Source of the DNA: Tubulanus polymorphus
Lineage: Eukaryota; Animalia; Nemertea
Reading direction: 5' to 3'
Length of the DNA: 64,000 nt
NCBI RefSeq assembly: GCF_964204645.1
Contig: NC_134033.1
Span: forward strand, 2,996,131 to 3,060,130
The stretch's first letter is position 1. Each line of letters opens with the position of its first letter. This document shows positions 13,131 to 26,811 of the stretch, in pieces. Both the position numbers and the translations under genes were made by a program. Below the pieces are notes generated by a model that was not told the origin of the DNA, did not search any database, and saw nothing but the letters and a program-made list of their open reading frames with translations.

Positions 13131-14087
13131 GGCATTACACAGTACATATATTAAGCAAGAACGACACACACAATAGCACATAAAAACTAGGTGATATTGA
13201 CCTGAGAGGAAATGTATAGGGACAAAAGTTTATTATGGGCGAGGATTGTAAACGTAAAAATTGATTGTAAACGTTCAATGCTGTTATCAATTTCCTGATA
13301 TTTCAGAATGGTGGAGGCTTTGCATCAATAATAGCTGTTCACTTGTTCCCGAGATCAAAGAATACATTGTATCGTGTAACTACATTTCAACTAAACTGGA
13401 AAGTGAACATCTATGAAAAACAGTTGAAACTAACAGTGCTATCAGAAACCTGTGATCGTGCTGGTTTTTATATATTTGATGGTAGTAATTTCACAGCTAG
13501 ACGCTATGGTCCGTATTGTCCTGGTTCATACTACGGTCGATCTGTCGTCAGCCTGATTACAACAGGTGGACCGGTTACTGTAGTAGCATACGCTTATTAC
13601 TATAACAATCAGTTAACAGTTGGTGATCCTGTCTGGTCATATCTTATATTTGCTCCTACTGATTGTGATGGTTATGTTCTACGGGAAGAACAACGTCTGG
13701 TCAATATGACGTCACACTGTCTCGTGATTACACCTGAAAATCGACGCCTTCGCTTGAAAAATATTCACATATTATCAGAACACGAATATCAAATTGACCG
13801 ATGTTTTATTAAGATTTCATGGTCATGTGATCAGTTTCTGGGTTTCAGTAATCAGTTTCTTAATAACAGTCTCGTATTAAACACTGCAGATTTCACAGTT
13901 AATGAGTTCGGGTTCTGGCAGGAACCACTAATAGTTAAACTACGTCGTAAATGTCTAGGAGTCAAAACAGGTGAAACTAATTTTGATTCCCTTATCCAAA
14001 GTGCGACTAAAGATAAATGTGGACTCGTGCAGTCACGGAACTACCCGGGTCGGGCAGCCAATAGATTGAAACTTATTTCCTATAAAT

Positions 14088-17000
14088 AACACGTTCCCAA
14101 ATGTTTTGATACTTTCTCAGTTTGTATCAAAAATATTGCCAATTTCCAGTCATTGAGTCCTGAAAAATGATAAATTTACAGCGCAAAATCGTACAAACGT
14201 GTCAATTATACTTCTAAACACTTTATTTGCGGACCAGTTTATGAATTGAGCGTGGGCCATAGAGCGCTATATCCGCCTGTGATCTCGACTTTCAATTTAT
14301 TACGTAAGCTATTCGTGAACAAAATGCGGCCGGCGCACAATAGAAACTTCGCTCTATGTATTCTTTCATTACCGCCGACAAAGAGGACCGATATTTCGCA
14401 AATTGGATTCGGGAGGTTTAAACCTCCCAAGGTCAAATCACTAAAATTGTGACCTTCGTGGAGATTATCTAAAACGCCGATGGTAATCAAATTTAGCAGA
14501 ACTTTTTACCCAAACGTTTAATGGTTTGAAAATCTTTCAATGGCATTCCTAAGTATTTGATGAAAGTTGAGAAATCATAAGATATTCATATAACCATGGA
14601 CTCTAAAACCTAAATCGTTTAAGAGTCCCTGGTATAAAAAAAAAACTTTGCATAACGAAGAAGCAAAAATTCGAATCTGATTCATCTGTTTGGAATTGAT
14701 TCTTATGAAATGGAAACAAATGCGTGAGCACTACTCATTGATTCGTTCATTATTGTACAATATGTTTCATTTGTTGACCGTAAGACGTTGACATTATGTC
14801 AATTTCATTCAATTTACTTTGCGGGTTTACAACGGCTATTTCACTGGTTCTGCGTGATGAGATAATTCTGATTAAAGTTATTGTATTAATTTCTATATGT
14901 ATATACGTAATGATACTCTTTCTGAATAAAGGATGCACGTTATTCGAATCCCCACCATTGTTCTCTACAATGTACGTTAATCAAACTCACGATAAAACCA
15001 GAGCCAAAACCATGGACTCAAAAACGAAGAATCCGTGGTCAAACATACAATTCTAATTTCCCCGTTAGTTCACTGATGCCGTCAGTTTCTATCGAATGCA
15101 AGGATTCTAGCCAATCAGAGAGGCGCATGCAAACATCCATTGGCATGTAAGTTATAGTACAACTTAGACAATAATCAAGGTGCGAGCCAATGTCAGTAAC
15201 TAGAATATGTTCTTTCATCAAATATAAATAACTCAGCAGTAGTCAGTTAGTTGAGTTTGTTTGACTTGTTTTGTATTTCATCAATAAATCTATTTCATTC
15301 TATTTTAAAGTACAAACTAAACGCTTGAATTGCTTATAACACGACCAGGTATGAATTAGAATAGATTGGCTTAATATTTCGAATGCAAATTTGGCGATTA
15401 AGCAATCGGAAATTCGAAGTGCTTGAGAAATTTTTCAATACGCCCATTACTTCGAATAGCGATAAGTTCATTGACACATGTGACCATTGTTTTGTTACTT
15501 TCGATAGCGATTCGAATAAGCTATGCGACAGCTAACGACAGCACAATCGCAATATCAACAGAAGTTCATTTTATCCTACATGATGAGGCTAAATTCAGTG
15601 AAATCGATCGTGTTCTGAAATATATATTTTCCTGGATACATTTTGTTTATTGTAGCTATTCTATGCGGTTTATACATTAACCTGCTATAACATATTGACC
15701 GTTTTCAAGAACCCAAAAATTACAATTTTCTGGGAATCTGTTTTTTCCAAAAACAACCCAAACCCGAAATTGTGTACAGTTAGTACGCAGCGTATATAAT
15801 GTCGGATTAGAGAATATTGAAAAAACTTAGAAAAAGTTCAGTGAAGGAAAATAAGCTCAGCAGTGACAAATTGTCATTTCATCTCCTTCACGTGATTAAT
15901 TGATGTCCAAATATGTTCTACCGTGAAAACTCTGCATTTAGCGTCAAACGAATTTTTGTATACGTATCTCAGGATGCATGCTCTTCAAAAAGGTAGCCTA
16001 TTAGGAAAAAACTTATCCGGTAAAATCCTAATTTTTCCTAAACGATATTCCAACTATTATTTTGTTAATTATTCAACTATCATCACTAACTGGGTAAGTT
16101 AGTTGAACTTACATAAAGATATATCATTAGGGACACTTCAATTTCACACCATTCAATATCATAAGGGAACAAAATTCTTTGAAACTTGGTTAATGGTAGT
16201 TCTTAAGACTAGGTTTTGTTTCCGGAATTTACTAAATGTACCAATTCTAATAATTCACTCATTGAAGCTTCTATACATCAGAAGCGAAAGCTCGTGCGTC
16301 GAAATAAATAGTTAACCTTTAAAGTACTACTCGTCTCTTCATTTAAATTCAAATAATATAAGTCTTTATTGATTCTTTTTTTGTTGGAATATGCATAACT
16401 TTTTCTGGGCAAATTTCTATATTCTGTCAAGTCATGGACGTTTTAGAGTCCATGGTCAAGGTATTTTGGCTATAACGAATATAACTAACTCCCTGGGGCA
16501 ACGATGTGGCTGATGAAATGATCTCTCCCATTGTAATCCCACCATTTAATTACTCATTGTATAACAACTCTCACAATTAAGCCTCGGACTCTTCAACGAA
16601 TTATGAGTGCATGCTTTAGTATAGGCTCTGATATAGAGCATATTGTCTTGATTTAGAACATGTATGCAAAAACTCTAGGCTGCAAAGAAATACGTATTCA
16701 GCGGCTCTAATCGAGTTAAATCTTTCGTGATAGATTAACACAGAAAGGCGGCACCCAATCGCTGCTTATTGACATTAGGCACAAGTCACTGTTATGTTCA
16801 TTAGTAAAACTAATATAGAATTACAAGTGAGGAGGGAAAATGTATAAATTGAATTTATAAATGAATTTATAAGAATTTAGCATGCATCGGAGTGCACTTA
16901 AATTGGATTATTACAAAATAACTCACTTCAAAATTTATGATATTGTTTCATTGATATTTATTACTTTAAAGCGATTCACTTTAAGAACTTTGGTCAACAA

Positions 17001-20000
17001 TAAGTCTGACCTGCAAATCAAATCATCGGGAGACAAAATACTGTTTCAAAAAATCATATTGCTAATACATTCCTAATCTTAACCTTTCGCCATAAACCTA
17101 CTGGATTTAGGGCCTGGGGTAAAATCTAGGTAAAATCCTCACTTGGCGATTTTTCAAGCACATTTGAAAGCACAATATTTATTCAAACATATTCATCCAC
17201 AATACAACTGCAATATATTTAACTGTGCATTGATCTCTTTTGATGAAATAAATCTTTAAATAAATTCATAGAATAAATGAAATTAATGAACTTTTTATTC
17301 ATACTATCTTTTCATATTCTTATTCATACTATATTTTAATTCGAACTAAATAACTCTTTTTAACTTGTGGTATAGTATGCTTATGATATGGATTCGATTT
17401 ACGTATCAATATTTTCATGTTGACGGGGGCCTGATGATGGCTAATAGCATTAGCCGAAACATTGCTCGTAGAACATTTGATTTTTAGCTGAATTCATTGT
17501 GGGATTTGTCTCGTTATTCACCATACACGGATATTGTGTATTTTCTTCTCATTTTCATGTTGGTTTTGAACAACTTAAATTTTGCGATTCTAATCCCTTA
17601 TTAACTTTAGATGACAGTAATACCTTCAATTTACATGTAAAATATGATCACTGCTGAAAGTGTAATAAGGAATATATATTTACTCCAGTGACAATATTTT
17701 GATTCAAAGATTTAATTCAATCATCTAGTCCGAGTCTGTATGGTAAAACCTCTGGCTAACCAAGAGCTAACCGAATACCGACAATAGAAGGTGGTCGCTT
17801 AAAAATTAGTTAATTTACGCAACAGGAATCTATCTTGATTTCAAGGGCACTTCAATTAATCGTTTCAATAGTGACCACTGTAAATTAGCCAGTAGTTTCA
17901 ACGACCGAATTCAATCAACCGATTCGTATCCTAAGAATGAGAATTGTATCTAACCACAGTAGTTATTCCTCATCAAACGTTCGTTCATCATATTATACAT
18001 CTATACATCATTACTATCATCTTCAGTTAATAGAAGTGCAATAAAATCTTGAATCTATGAGTTGAGTTTTTTTGAACATAATAAATTGTGTTGATTTTAT
18101 GTTAGTTAAATCAAATATTGGGAATATTTTACCGGGGGATTTTTACTTTGGGGATAATAAGCTAAATTATTTTATATCATCGGTTTTCATTAAGAAAAAA
18201 AAACAACTATTAATCTTAACTACACTTATATTCCTTTTGGAACATTAAGATTCTTTCATTGAATTTAATATGTTATTTCGTACATAGTTCATCACAGTGC
18301 GTCATTCACGCTTAAATGTACAAAACTTCTTTACAGAGTTCAAAATATAAACCAACAATCTCATCTCAAGCATGTACTAGCGCTGACGCTATGGGATAAA
18401 ACCAAGTCTCGATTCATTGCCTAAAATGTGGGTACATTCATTCAAATCAGGACTAAAATACGCTTATATGAATATCTTGTATGATATCATTTTACATTAC
18501 GGGTGTCTCATAGGCCTGGTTTTACTTGTACATTGTCATCAATTGATTGAACATCCCAAGTAACTTTTTTATTTACTTATGGCTTAATCACTGGTACTCA
18601 ATAGCTAGTCGGCTATAGAGAGACTAACCCGATAAAATTCTATTAACCGTTCGTCCAGAGTCGAACACTCGCGCGTTAATTCGCAACGATTTTAAAGAAA
18701 GAAAATGATTGCATGAAATCTACTTTTCGTATCAATCGGCGTCCAATCTCTTAAACCATCCTAAACACAGTAGTGTAGTAGTTTGTGTCTATTTGCTTTT
18801 GCTGATGTCATTTAACATAACAATGGAAATGTATTCGTTTATTTGGAAATTATATGAAGATATGGAGTAATCATGTGACAAATCAAATTGTTACTGCAAG
18901 GCAAAACATAGCGCACTTCAGATATATGATATGGCCTTAAAGACTTTTCATATATTAACAGTCCAGTTTAACGTCTATTGATATGAATGGTCCAGTTTTG
19001 ATATGACTGTCGCAACAGTTGGAATAAAACCTATGAAATCTAGGGGCATTTATCTCATGAAATTTAGATTTGAGATAATTGTATTGTATTGTATGAGGAT
19101 TAAACATTTCAATGGCTGGTGATTATTTGTGATGAAGTAATCAGTGAGATGGACTGTGATTGAGGCACTCGGGTCAGATAATATTTTTAGATAAAACAGT
19201 GCATTTGTTAAAGCAGAACACATGATTTTAAACTATATATAAGTAGCTAAACCGTTAATTTTCATTCCTAACTTTTCATCACTCCCGATTATCAAAAATA
19301 ATTCAACAGTTTGATTAACGGATAGTTGCAGTTAACAACATTTCTATCTGATAGAGAAGGTATACAGGTATACAGAGGAACAAGAAAAGAACATCCAACT
19401 AGACACTGAAAAATCTTTATTCGGGTTTTTTACCTGGGGCCTTTACCTTGGGGTATATTTAACAAGGGGATTTTTACTGAAAGGGACCTTTACGGGGCGA
19501 GTTTTTACCCGATCACATCGATTATTGAATGACATGTTCGATAAAATCATGACAAAAACTGGTATCACTGGTACAATTTGCTAATTTTCGCTGTTCGGGT
19601 GGTTCTGTAGACTATTGGCTATACCGTTGGTAACTGACTAGCTATTTGTATCACTGATCGGACTGTGAAAATATAGCTTTGACAAAACCACAACGAGAAA
19701 TGAATCAAATGCAATATTTTACTCGAAAACGAGCTTAACCACGGAATCAGTAACGTTTTTTTACAGTCCATGGCTGAAATGACGCTATTGAAAAAATCAA
19801 TGAGAAATACTGCCTCCGATTTTTATGACGAAAATATAGGAATGAATTCTGAACAGAATCAAATCAGGTTGTTCTAATTGGTATTGTGTATACATTTCAT
19901 TTATTAGATATTTCACGTAATTCGTGTAATTAGGAAAAACTCGATCCAATAATTGGTTTTTCTTTCGGTTTTACGTAATTTACAACTTACCAAATATGGA

Positions 20001-20460
20001 CTACATGGTTTGACATTAAAACCAGCGAGCATTATGGTATCAAGTTCAACCAAAATTGATAACGATCGGCCTTTCGTAGAATCTCCCTGAAGGTCACAAT
20101 TTTAGTAAATTGACCTTGGGAGGTTTAAACCTCCCGAATCCAATTAGCAAAATATCGGTCCTCTATGTCGGCGACAATAAAAGTACCCTGCGCGTAACTT
20201 TCTATTGTGCGCCTGCCGCGTTTTGGGCACGAGTAGCTTACGTAATCTTAATTGAAAGTTGAGATCACAGGCAGATATTGAGGTCTATGGCCCACACATA
20301 ACATCATAAATTGGTCAGGAAATAAAGTGTTTTGAGGTATAGATGACACGTTTGTACGATTTTACACTGTAAATTTATCATTTTTCAGGACTTAAGGACC
20401 AAAAATCGGCAATATTTTTGATACAAACTGAGAAAGTATCAAAACATTTGAGAACGCGTT
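14088..20460. mobile_element. 6.37-kb non-autonomous DNA transposon with ~400-bp imperfect TIRs and 4-bp AAAT TSD (Sola1-like by TSD)
   Basis: Left end AACACGTTCCCAAATGTTTTGATACTTTCTCAG vs right end ..CTGAGAAAGTATCAAAACATTTGAGAACGCGTT; TSD AAAT at 14084-14087 and 20461-20464; no transposase ORF inside. The superfamily call is inference from the AWWT TSD. Confidence 0.88.
17423..17550 (+). mobile_element. 128-bp Penelope-like insertion carrying a minimal hammerhead ribozyme motif, 12-bp TSD
   Basis: TSD ATTTTCATGTTG at 17411-17422 and 17551-17562; core CTGATGA-T-GGCTAAT(AGC)ATTAGCC-GAAAC at 17431-17460. Confidence 0.7.
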
Positions 20461-23400
20461 AAATTCAAAAACCCGATACAGAAAAGTATATTCCATTACT
20501 ACAGATTTCTTGTCAAATTCATTGGATCAGTTTCATGCGAGACAAATAACGTATTCAAGTCGGATCCAATAATTCTTATACAATCTATAAGTTACAACCT
20601 CTTTCTTAATGAGGCACTTTTGAAAATTGTAAGAACCCAACATGAATTTAAGATATGTGAAAATAACGCGGTTCTTGGACTTGTATATTATAGTTTAACA
20701 GATAATGGTTTGCGTTTTGAGGTAAAGAATGAGGTCCCTACTTTCCAAATACAATACACTTTACACGAGTCGTTACCGATTAAACATTTCGATGATTTCT
20801 ACTGTAAACAAGGATTTCTGGATTCCGGAATTTCCTGCATCAAATTCATCAGAGATGAACGTCTGAATTGGGAGAACGCAGAAATATACTGTAGACAGAA
20901 GTACGCGGGACATCTACTCAGTATCAACTCAGAACAGGAAATGATTTCAATCAAAAGATTATTCGCTACAGAACTTCTCCGAATGGCTTATACATTAAAA
21001 GCGCTCATAATGATGATTGGATTAAAATGGAAGGTAAGACTAATGCATTCTAATATAAATTAAAATCTAACGATTTTTAAAGAAGTGACATATTTCATTT
21101 TCTTCGCGAAACAGAATGATGGTTATTACACGTGGACTGACGGTAAACCATTGAGCTACACAGAGTGGTATAAACCTGTTATTAATGAAACGATACCAGA
21201 AGTTATTCGAGGATTGATATCTCCGCTAAGAAAACAACCGACAAATGACGTTAATATGCCGTGTACGGCGATGATACTGAATAATCCACGAGGATCGGCG
21301 AACTGGGTTCGATTCCCGTGTCAAATCGAGGAGACGCACACGACATTCATTTGTGAATCTGAGAGAATCGACATCGAAAACAAACACAATTCAACGATAA
21401 ACGATGCGAACAATTCAACAAATACAGACTTAAATACAACTATAGATCAAACGATTCCCGATATTACTTTGATAAATTCAACCTGTCCAAGAGGTTGGGT
21501 AACTATTTCGGGACAATGTTTTCAAATACTAACCGACTGGAAAAACAATCGAGGTTTGAATATTCGGAGTGCTAGAGAAATGTGTCACAGTTTCCGCGCC
21601 GAAATAGTAAAAATCACCTCAAATACAGAAAGTGACGTGAAAAACTTGGTCAGCGAATTTCAATATCGACATCAATATGGCGCTATACTGACGATGGACC
21701 GCGACGGGTTTAAAGTTATCAAACCACTGGTGACCAGAAATGAAATTACTTATATTCAATCAGTAAAATGGTCAGTGACTGCCTTCAATGATACAAAAGA
21801 TAAAGTGCATTCCGTGATGTGTACCTATAATGTAATTGCTGAAGAGTTAGCTTCTATAAGCGGTTGTAAATCGTGGCAGTTTGAATGTAACGATCAAAGA
21901 TGTATCAGCGACCATCGCGTATGTGATACCAGACACGACTGTCAACACGGTGAAGATGAACTCAATTGTACGGATATCAATTTACACAGTCAGTTCCGCT
22001 GTAACGATGGACAGGTTATATCGATCAGCGGTTTCTGTGATTTTATGAGAGATTGCGTCGATGGCTCGGATGAGAACTCTTGCTATCATCCACCGTGTTT
22101 ATCTACGCAATATCGCTGTTCCAATCAGCAATGCATCGATAGTTATAAACGATGTGACGGAATAGCCGACTGTAAAGACGGTTCCGATGAGATCGGATGC
22201 ACTGCCGAAAATTGCCAGGGGTTCTCGTGCGCGGACGGTGAATGTATTAGTTTTCAGTTGTATCGGGATGGTGTCGTGGATTGTAGCGGAAGTCTCGAAG
22301 AAGACGAATTGGTCACTAATATGACAGTGAATCCCGAGGTTTACTGTAATAATGACAATCACTGCACGACTCGTTTCACAGATCTGTGTAAGGAATCGGA
22401 TGAACAAAGATGTTCGTTCAATTCTCCTCGCTGTTATTCCCGACACGAAAGGTGTATTTTAGAAAGGATGCCGATTGGTTTCCCGGTATGTAGAAATCTT
22501 GAACATATACTCGCGTGTAATGACTTCGAATGCGCGGCTGGTACTGTAAAATGTCCGGCATCTTACTGTATACCGATCAGACACGTTTGTGACGGTCGAT
22601 CCGATTGTCCTAATTCAGAAGATGAACGAAACTGCGAGACTTGGTCGTGTCCGGGAATGTTTAAATGTGGCCAGGAAAATCGATGTATTCCGCGATCAGA
22701 AGTTTGCGACGGTGTCGTAAATTGTAAACATAACTCGGATGACGAGTCATACTGTAAGGTCACGTGTCCTGAACGTTGTAATTGCCGGGGTCATTTCATC
22801 GATTGTGAAAATGCTCTTTTATCAGATATTACCGGCCGTTTTATAGAATCAACTCGGGTTTTGATTTTGTCGAATAACCGAGTCGTATTTAACGAGTCGA
22901 CGTTCAACTCTTTCATTTATCTTCGTTTTCTCGATATTTCGGACAATAATTTGTCTTACATCGTTCCAAACGCGTTTTCTAGTCTAAACAATCTATACAC
23001 ATTAGACCTAACTCACAACCGATTAACATCATTATCTGCTAATACATTCGCAGGTTTGATCGGTTTAAAAGAACTATTTCTTATCGGAAATCCGCTGCAA
23101 CATTTAGAAGACGGTTGTTTCCGAGGTCTGACGTCACTTACTGTTCTCGATCTTCACGGACTTTCTATATCGGTTCTCGGTGAAAATGTATTTAAAGGTT
23201 TATCCGCATTACAGTCGTTGAATATCAGCAATAACAGAATACATTATATTTCTAGCTATGCTTTTTCTGGATTGGTTGGACTAGAAATTTTAGACCTCGT
23301 CAACAATTTTGAAGTAATATCCGTACAAAAAAACGTTCTTGGCGATCTTACATCATTGAAATACCTCGCTTCGGATGCTTACAAATTTTGCTGCATGGCA

Positions 23401-25189
23401 TCGAATGTTGATCGATGTCTTCCCGAAGCTGATCAATTTTCGACCTGCTCTGACCTGATGGGTAACGCTGTACTGAGAGCCATCATCTGGATGATCGCAA
23501 CTTTCAGTTTTCTCGCTAACAGTATCGTTATTGCATTTCGAGTTCAAGCTTTGCGGATGGAATCCACCGGAACACGTAACACATCTTCAGATATCTTCAT
23601 CATAAATATTGCCGGTTGTGATTTTCTGATGTCGGTCTATTTGTTTTTGATCGCAGGAGCTGACCACGTGTTCAAAGGCGTTTATTATCTGAATTCTGAA
23701 ACCTGGACGGATAGCTCATTATGTCGTCTCGCCGGGGTTATTGTCGCCGTTTCCTGCGAAGGTTCCTTGACTTTTCTCTTAATTCTAAGGCGTCAGAGAT
23801 ATTCAAATATCGTCAACCCGTTTTCTAGAAGTCCGATTATAACTCCGAAATACGTTATCGGTTTTTGCTGCATTTGTTGGCTCGTTATAAGTACAGTTTC
23901 TATTCTACCGCTGTCATCGTCGTCTTACTTCGGAGACAATTTTTACGGTACAACCGGAGTTTGTTTGCCTATGAATTTACTGACGATCGACGTCAATGGC
24001 TGGCACTATTCATTCGCTATTTTTGCCTTGTTTAATGCGGCCATATTGGCTACGATAATGACGACGTACGCCCAGATGTATAGACTCGTATCTGGAAGTA
24101 GGTCGGGCTCGGGTAGAGCCGATCCTACCGAACTGGTTTTAGCTCGAAGGAGTTTAGTAATCAATCTTTGTAATCTATTTTGCTGGCTACCGATAATAAT
24201 CGTTCAGTTTTGCGCCGTATTTTCGGTCGAGATACCGAACCAGGTGGCCGCTTGGCTGGCCGTTCTATTTTTACCGATCAACTCGTCTCTGAATCCGCTT
24301 CTTTATACAATACTAACAATCGATATGAAATCTATTCGTGAACGCAATAAACGACGACTAGGATTGACGACATCCAGTAAATAAAGAATAGTTTGACAGG
24401 AGTCACTTTATAATGTTTGCCTATCTATAAATCGGGTTTGAACCTCGAAATCCTAAAACTTGGTTTCGAGTTCGTTTGGAGTCACGTGACCGCATCAGAT
24501 GAACGAATACTATGAGATAAGTTTACAGCAGAGCAAAATTACCCCGATTATCATAACTACCGTTAATTTTGGTTTTTAGTTATATCTAACTCACAACTTG
24601 CTGGAATTGGTAGAAATTTTACCGGAGTCGTGTTTTCCGAATTACTAACTCGTAAAAACTTTTAAAATTATTTCTAACTGAGAAGGATTAATATTACACT
24701 TAATATATAATACTTTAACATCTCTATCCCCAAGATTCTTGCGTAAATATAAGCAGGTTTGATTTGAGCGAGAGGGAATCATCCGTTTGAAACTAGGATT
24801 TAGGGTTTCATGGATATAAAATTCCCCTAATTTGAAGGCGTTATATTTCTAAATAGTAATCTACGATTCAACCCTCAAACGTTTGAATAATCTATGAATA
24901 TTCGTCATTTAGTTCCGAAAGAAGAATTTAGTATAACAATGATTTGAGTCACTCGATAAAAATAAAACGGAGTAAAAATTCATGTCTCCCGTGAGGACGC
25001 TGATAGTTAGATTTATCAATATAACTGTTTCTACCACGAGAGACGAAGCACCATATACCAGAAATGTAACATCATAATGCATAAACACAGTTGATTGGGG
25101 AATATTGAAATATGTTCTTTTTCACTGACCGTTTATGAATTATAGTTCTTTGATATATTTACGTAAAACCTAATATTTATATTTTAAAC

Positions 25190-25506
25190 AACTAGTGAAA
25201 CCTATGGTACATAGACATTTTACTGAGAGAGCTTTTAAATTTGCTGCTCCTGAACTTTGGAATGTTCATCCTATTCATATTAGATCTAGTTCTACAGTCG
25301 AAACTTTTAAATCAAACCTCAAAACATTCTTTTTAAAACGAACCTATTTGTCTTAATGTTTATGTTAACGAATCGTCAATTTTAGTTATCTCAATGTTTT
25401 GCATTTTACCGTGAATTGTATTTTCAATTTTGTTTTTTCTAATCTAATGTAAATTGGAAAGATTACTATGTAGATAATTCGCCATATCAAGAAAATGAAT
25501 TATTAT
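25190..25506 (+). mobile_element. 3' end of an L2/CR1-clade LINE
   Basis: Translation ERAFKFAAPELWNVHPIHIRSSSTVETFKSNLKTFFLK..* is the typical L2/CR1 ORF2 C-terminus, followed by a T-rich 3'UTR ending in ATTATTAT. Confidence 0.75.
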
Positions 25507-26645
25507 CAAAAGATGGCAATTTCGTAGTAGAACAACAAATTATATCAAATACTTAAAAGTAGAATCTACTTTATTGTTGTTAATTTCATGATTTGGAAAT
25601 TTCGACATTCGTTTTTCTCCTCACAGTGACATTCGCAAAGATATTATTTCATCGTTTCGAAATGTCTTTTCTAGCTCTTTTTCAATCTATATGATTTTCG
25701 ACGCTGAGATTGCTTCAAATGATTCCTTACGATTGTAAAGACGAATCTCATCAGAAACAACAAGCGGTTTAAAAACCGATTAATTGACGATTATTGAAAT
25801 ATGTTCCTTTTCTACGCAATTCCCAGATCACCATGACAGTTGCTCGTTGCCAAATGTCATTTCCCAATTGCTGATTACTGATCGCTGGTTTACGGTTATT
25901 TATGTGTTGAATTGTTTGTTCGCCAGCTGGCGCCACCTTATTCTCATTAAAACATATCTATAAAACACACTAACATATCCCCAATATCGGTGACCGAATA
26001 TATCAGGTCATCATCATTTTCGATCATTTATGCAGGCGTTCCAAAACGGAAGGAGTCAGGGGAGAAAATTGAATTTATTTTATCTTTTGAATATTGAACA
26101 CAAACGAAACCTCAATGGAACGCAGAAAAGATAATCGAAAATGATTGGAAATTGTGATGAATTTGATACAAATGATGAGAAAAATTTTTTTATTGATAGT
26201 TTGTGCAAAAAACGAAATAGAAAATTTAGATGACCATAACTTTTACGAATTACTGGATTTAAAATCAAATGGGCATTTCGGAATTTTTTTTTGCTTGAAA
26301 AATTGTACCGAAAAGAGGAGGGAGGAATAAAAGAAATTCGGTTTGAGGAACTTTGCTGAATTCTTGGCGCGGATTCGTTCTTCAAGTAATCAAAAGCAAT
26401 GCCTAACGGACTACAATGTACATATTCAATTGAGTCAAATCTAAAGTTTGAAAGTGAAGATCGGGAGTTTCGGAATTATCAATTTACCTCATTCATTATT
26501 GGTTTTACCTATAGCCGCATTCGCACTAAGAACCAGTTAAACCGTTTTAAACGGGTCCGTGTCCGGAACAGGGCAAATTTAGAACGGTCCGAATCAGAGT
26601 GCGCGAGTCTCGCCGGGATTATTCTCCGTTTCTTAATTTAAGCCC

Positions 26646-26811
26646 CCTTAACTGTTCACTTAATTCTAACGCGTCAGAGATATTCAAATATCGTCAACCC
26701 GTTTTCTAGAAGTCCGATTATGACTCCAAAATACGTTATCGGGATTTGCTGCATTTGTTGGCTCGTTATAAGCACAGTTTCTATTCTACCGCTGTCATCC
26801 CCGTCTTACTT
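26646..26811 (+). repeat. Duplicated fragment of the GPCR TM3-TM4 coding sequence located upstream of each gene (also 350-401, 10625-10794, 35706-35876, 57125-57151)
   Basis: Matches exon 3, e.g. 6545-6709 (CTTAATTCTAACGCGTCAGAGATATTCAAATATCGTCAACCCG...CGTCTTACTT), nearly base for base. Confidence 0.9.

Larger units (their letters stand above)
11320..24384 (+). pseudogene. GRL101-like GPCR copy 2, exon 2 interrupted by a 6.4-kb DNA transposon; exons 11320-12537, 13307-14087//20465-21033, 21115-24384
   Basis: Same splice sites as other copies (introns 12538-13306, 21034-21114). Exon 2 stops at TAA 14087-14089, created by the insertion junction. Removing 14088-20464 restores ...SYKFKNPIQ... 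in frame (~1945 aa). No other stops or frameshifts seen. Confidence 0.88.
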
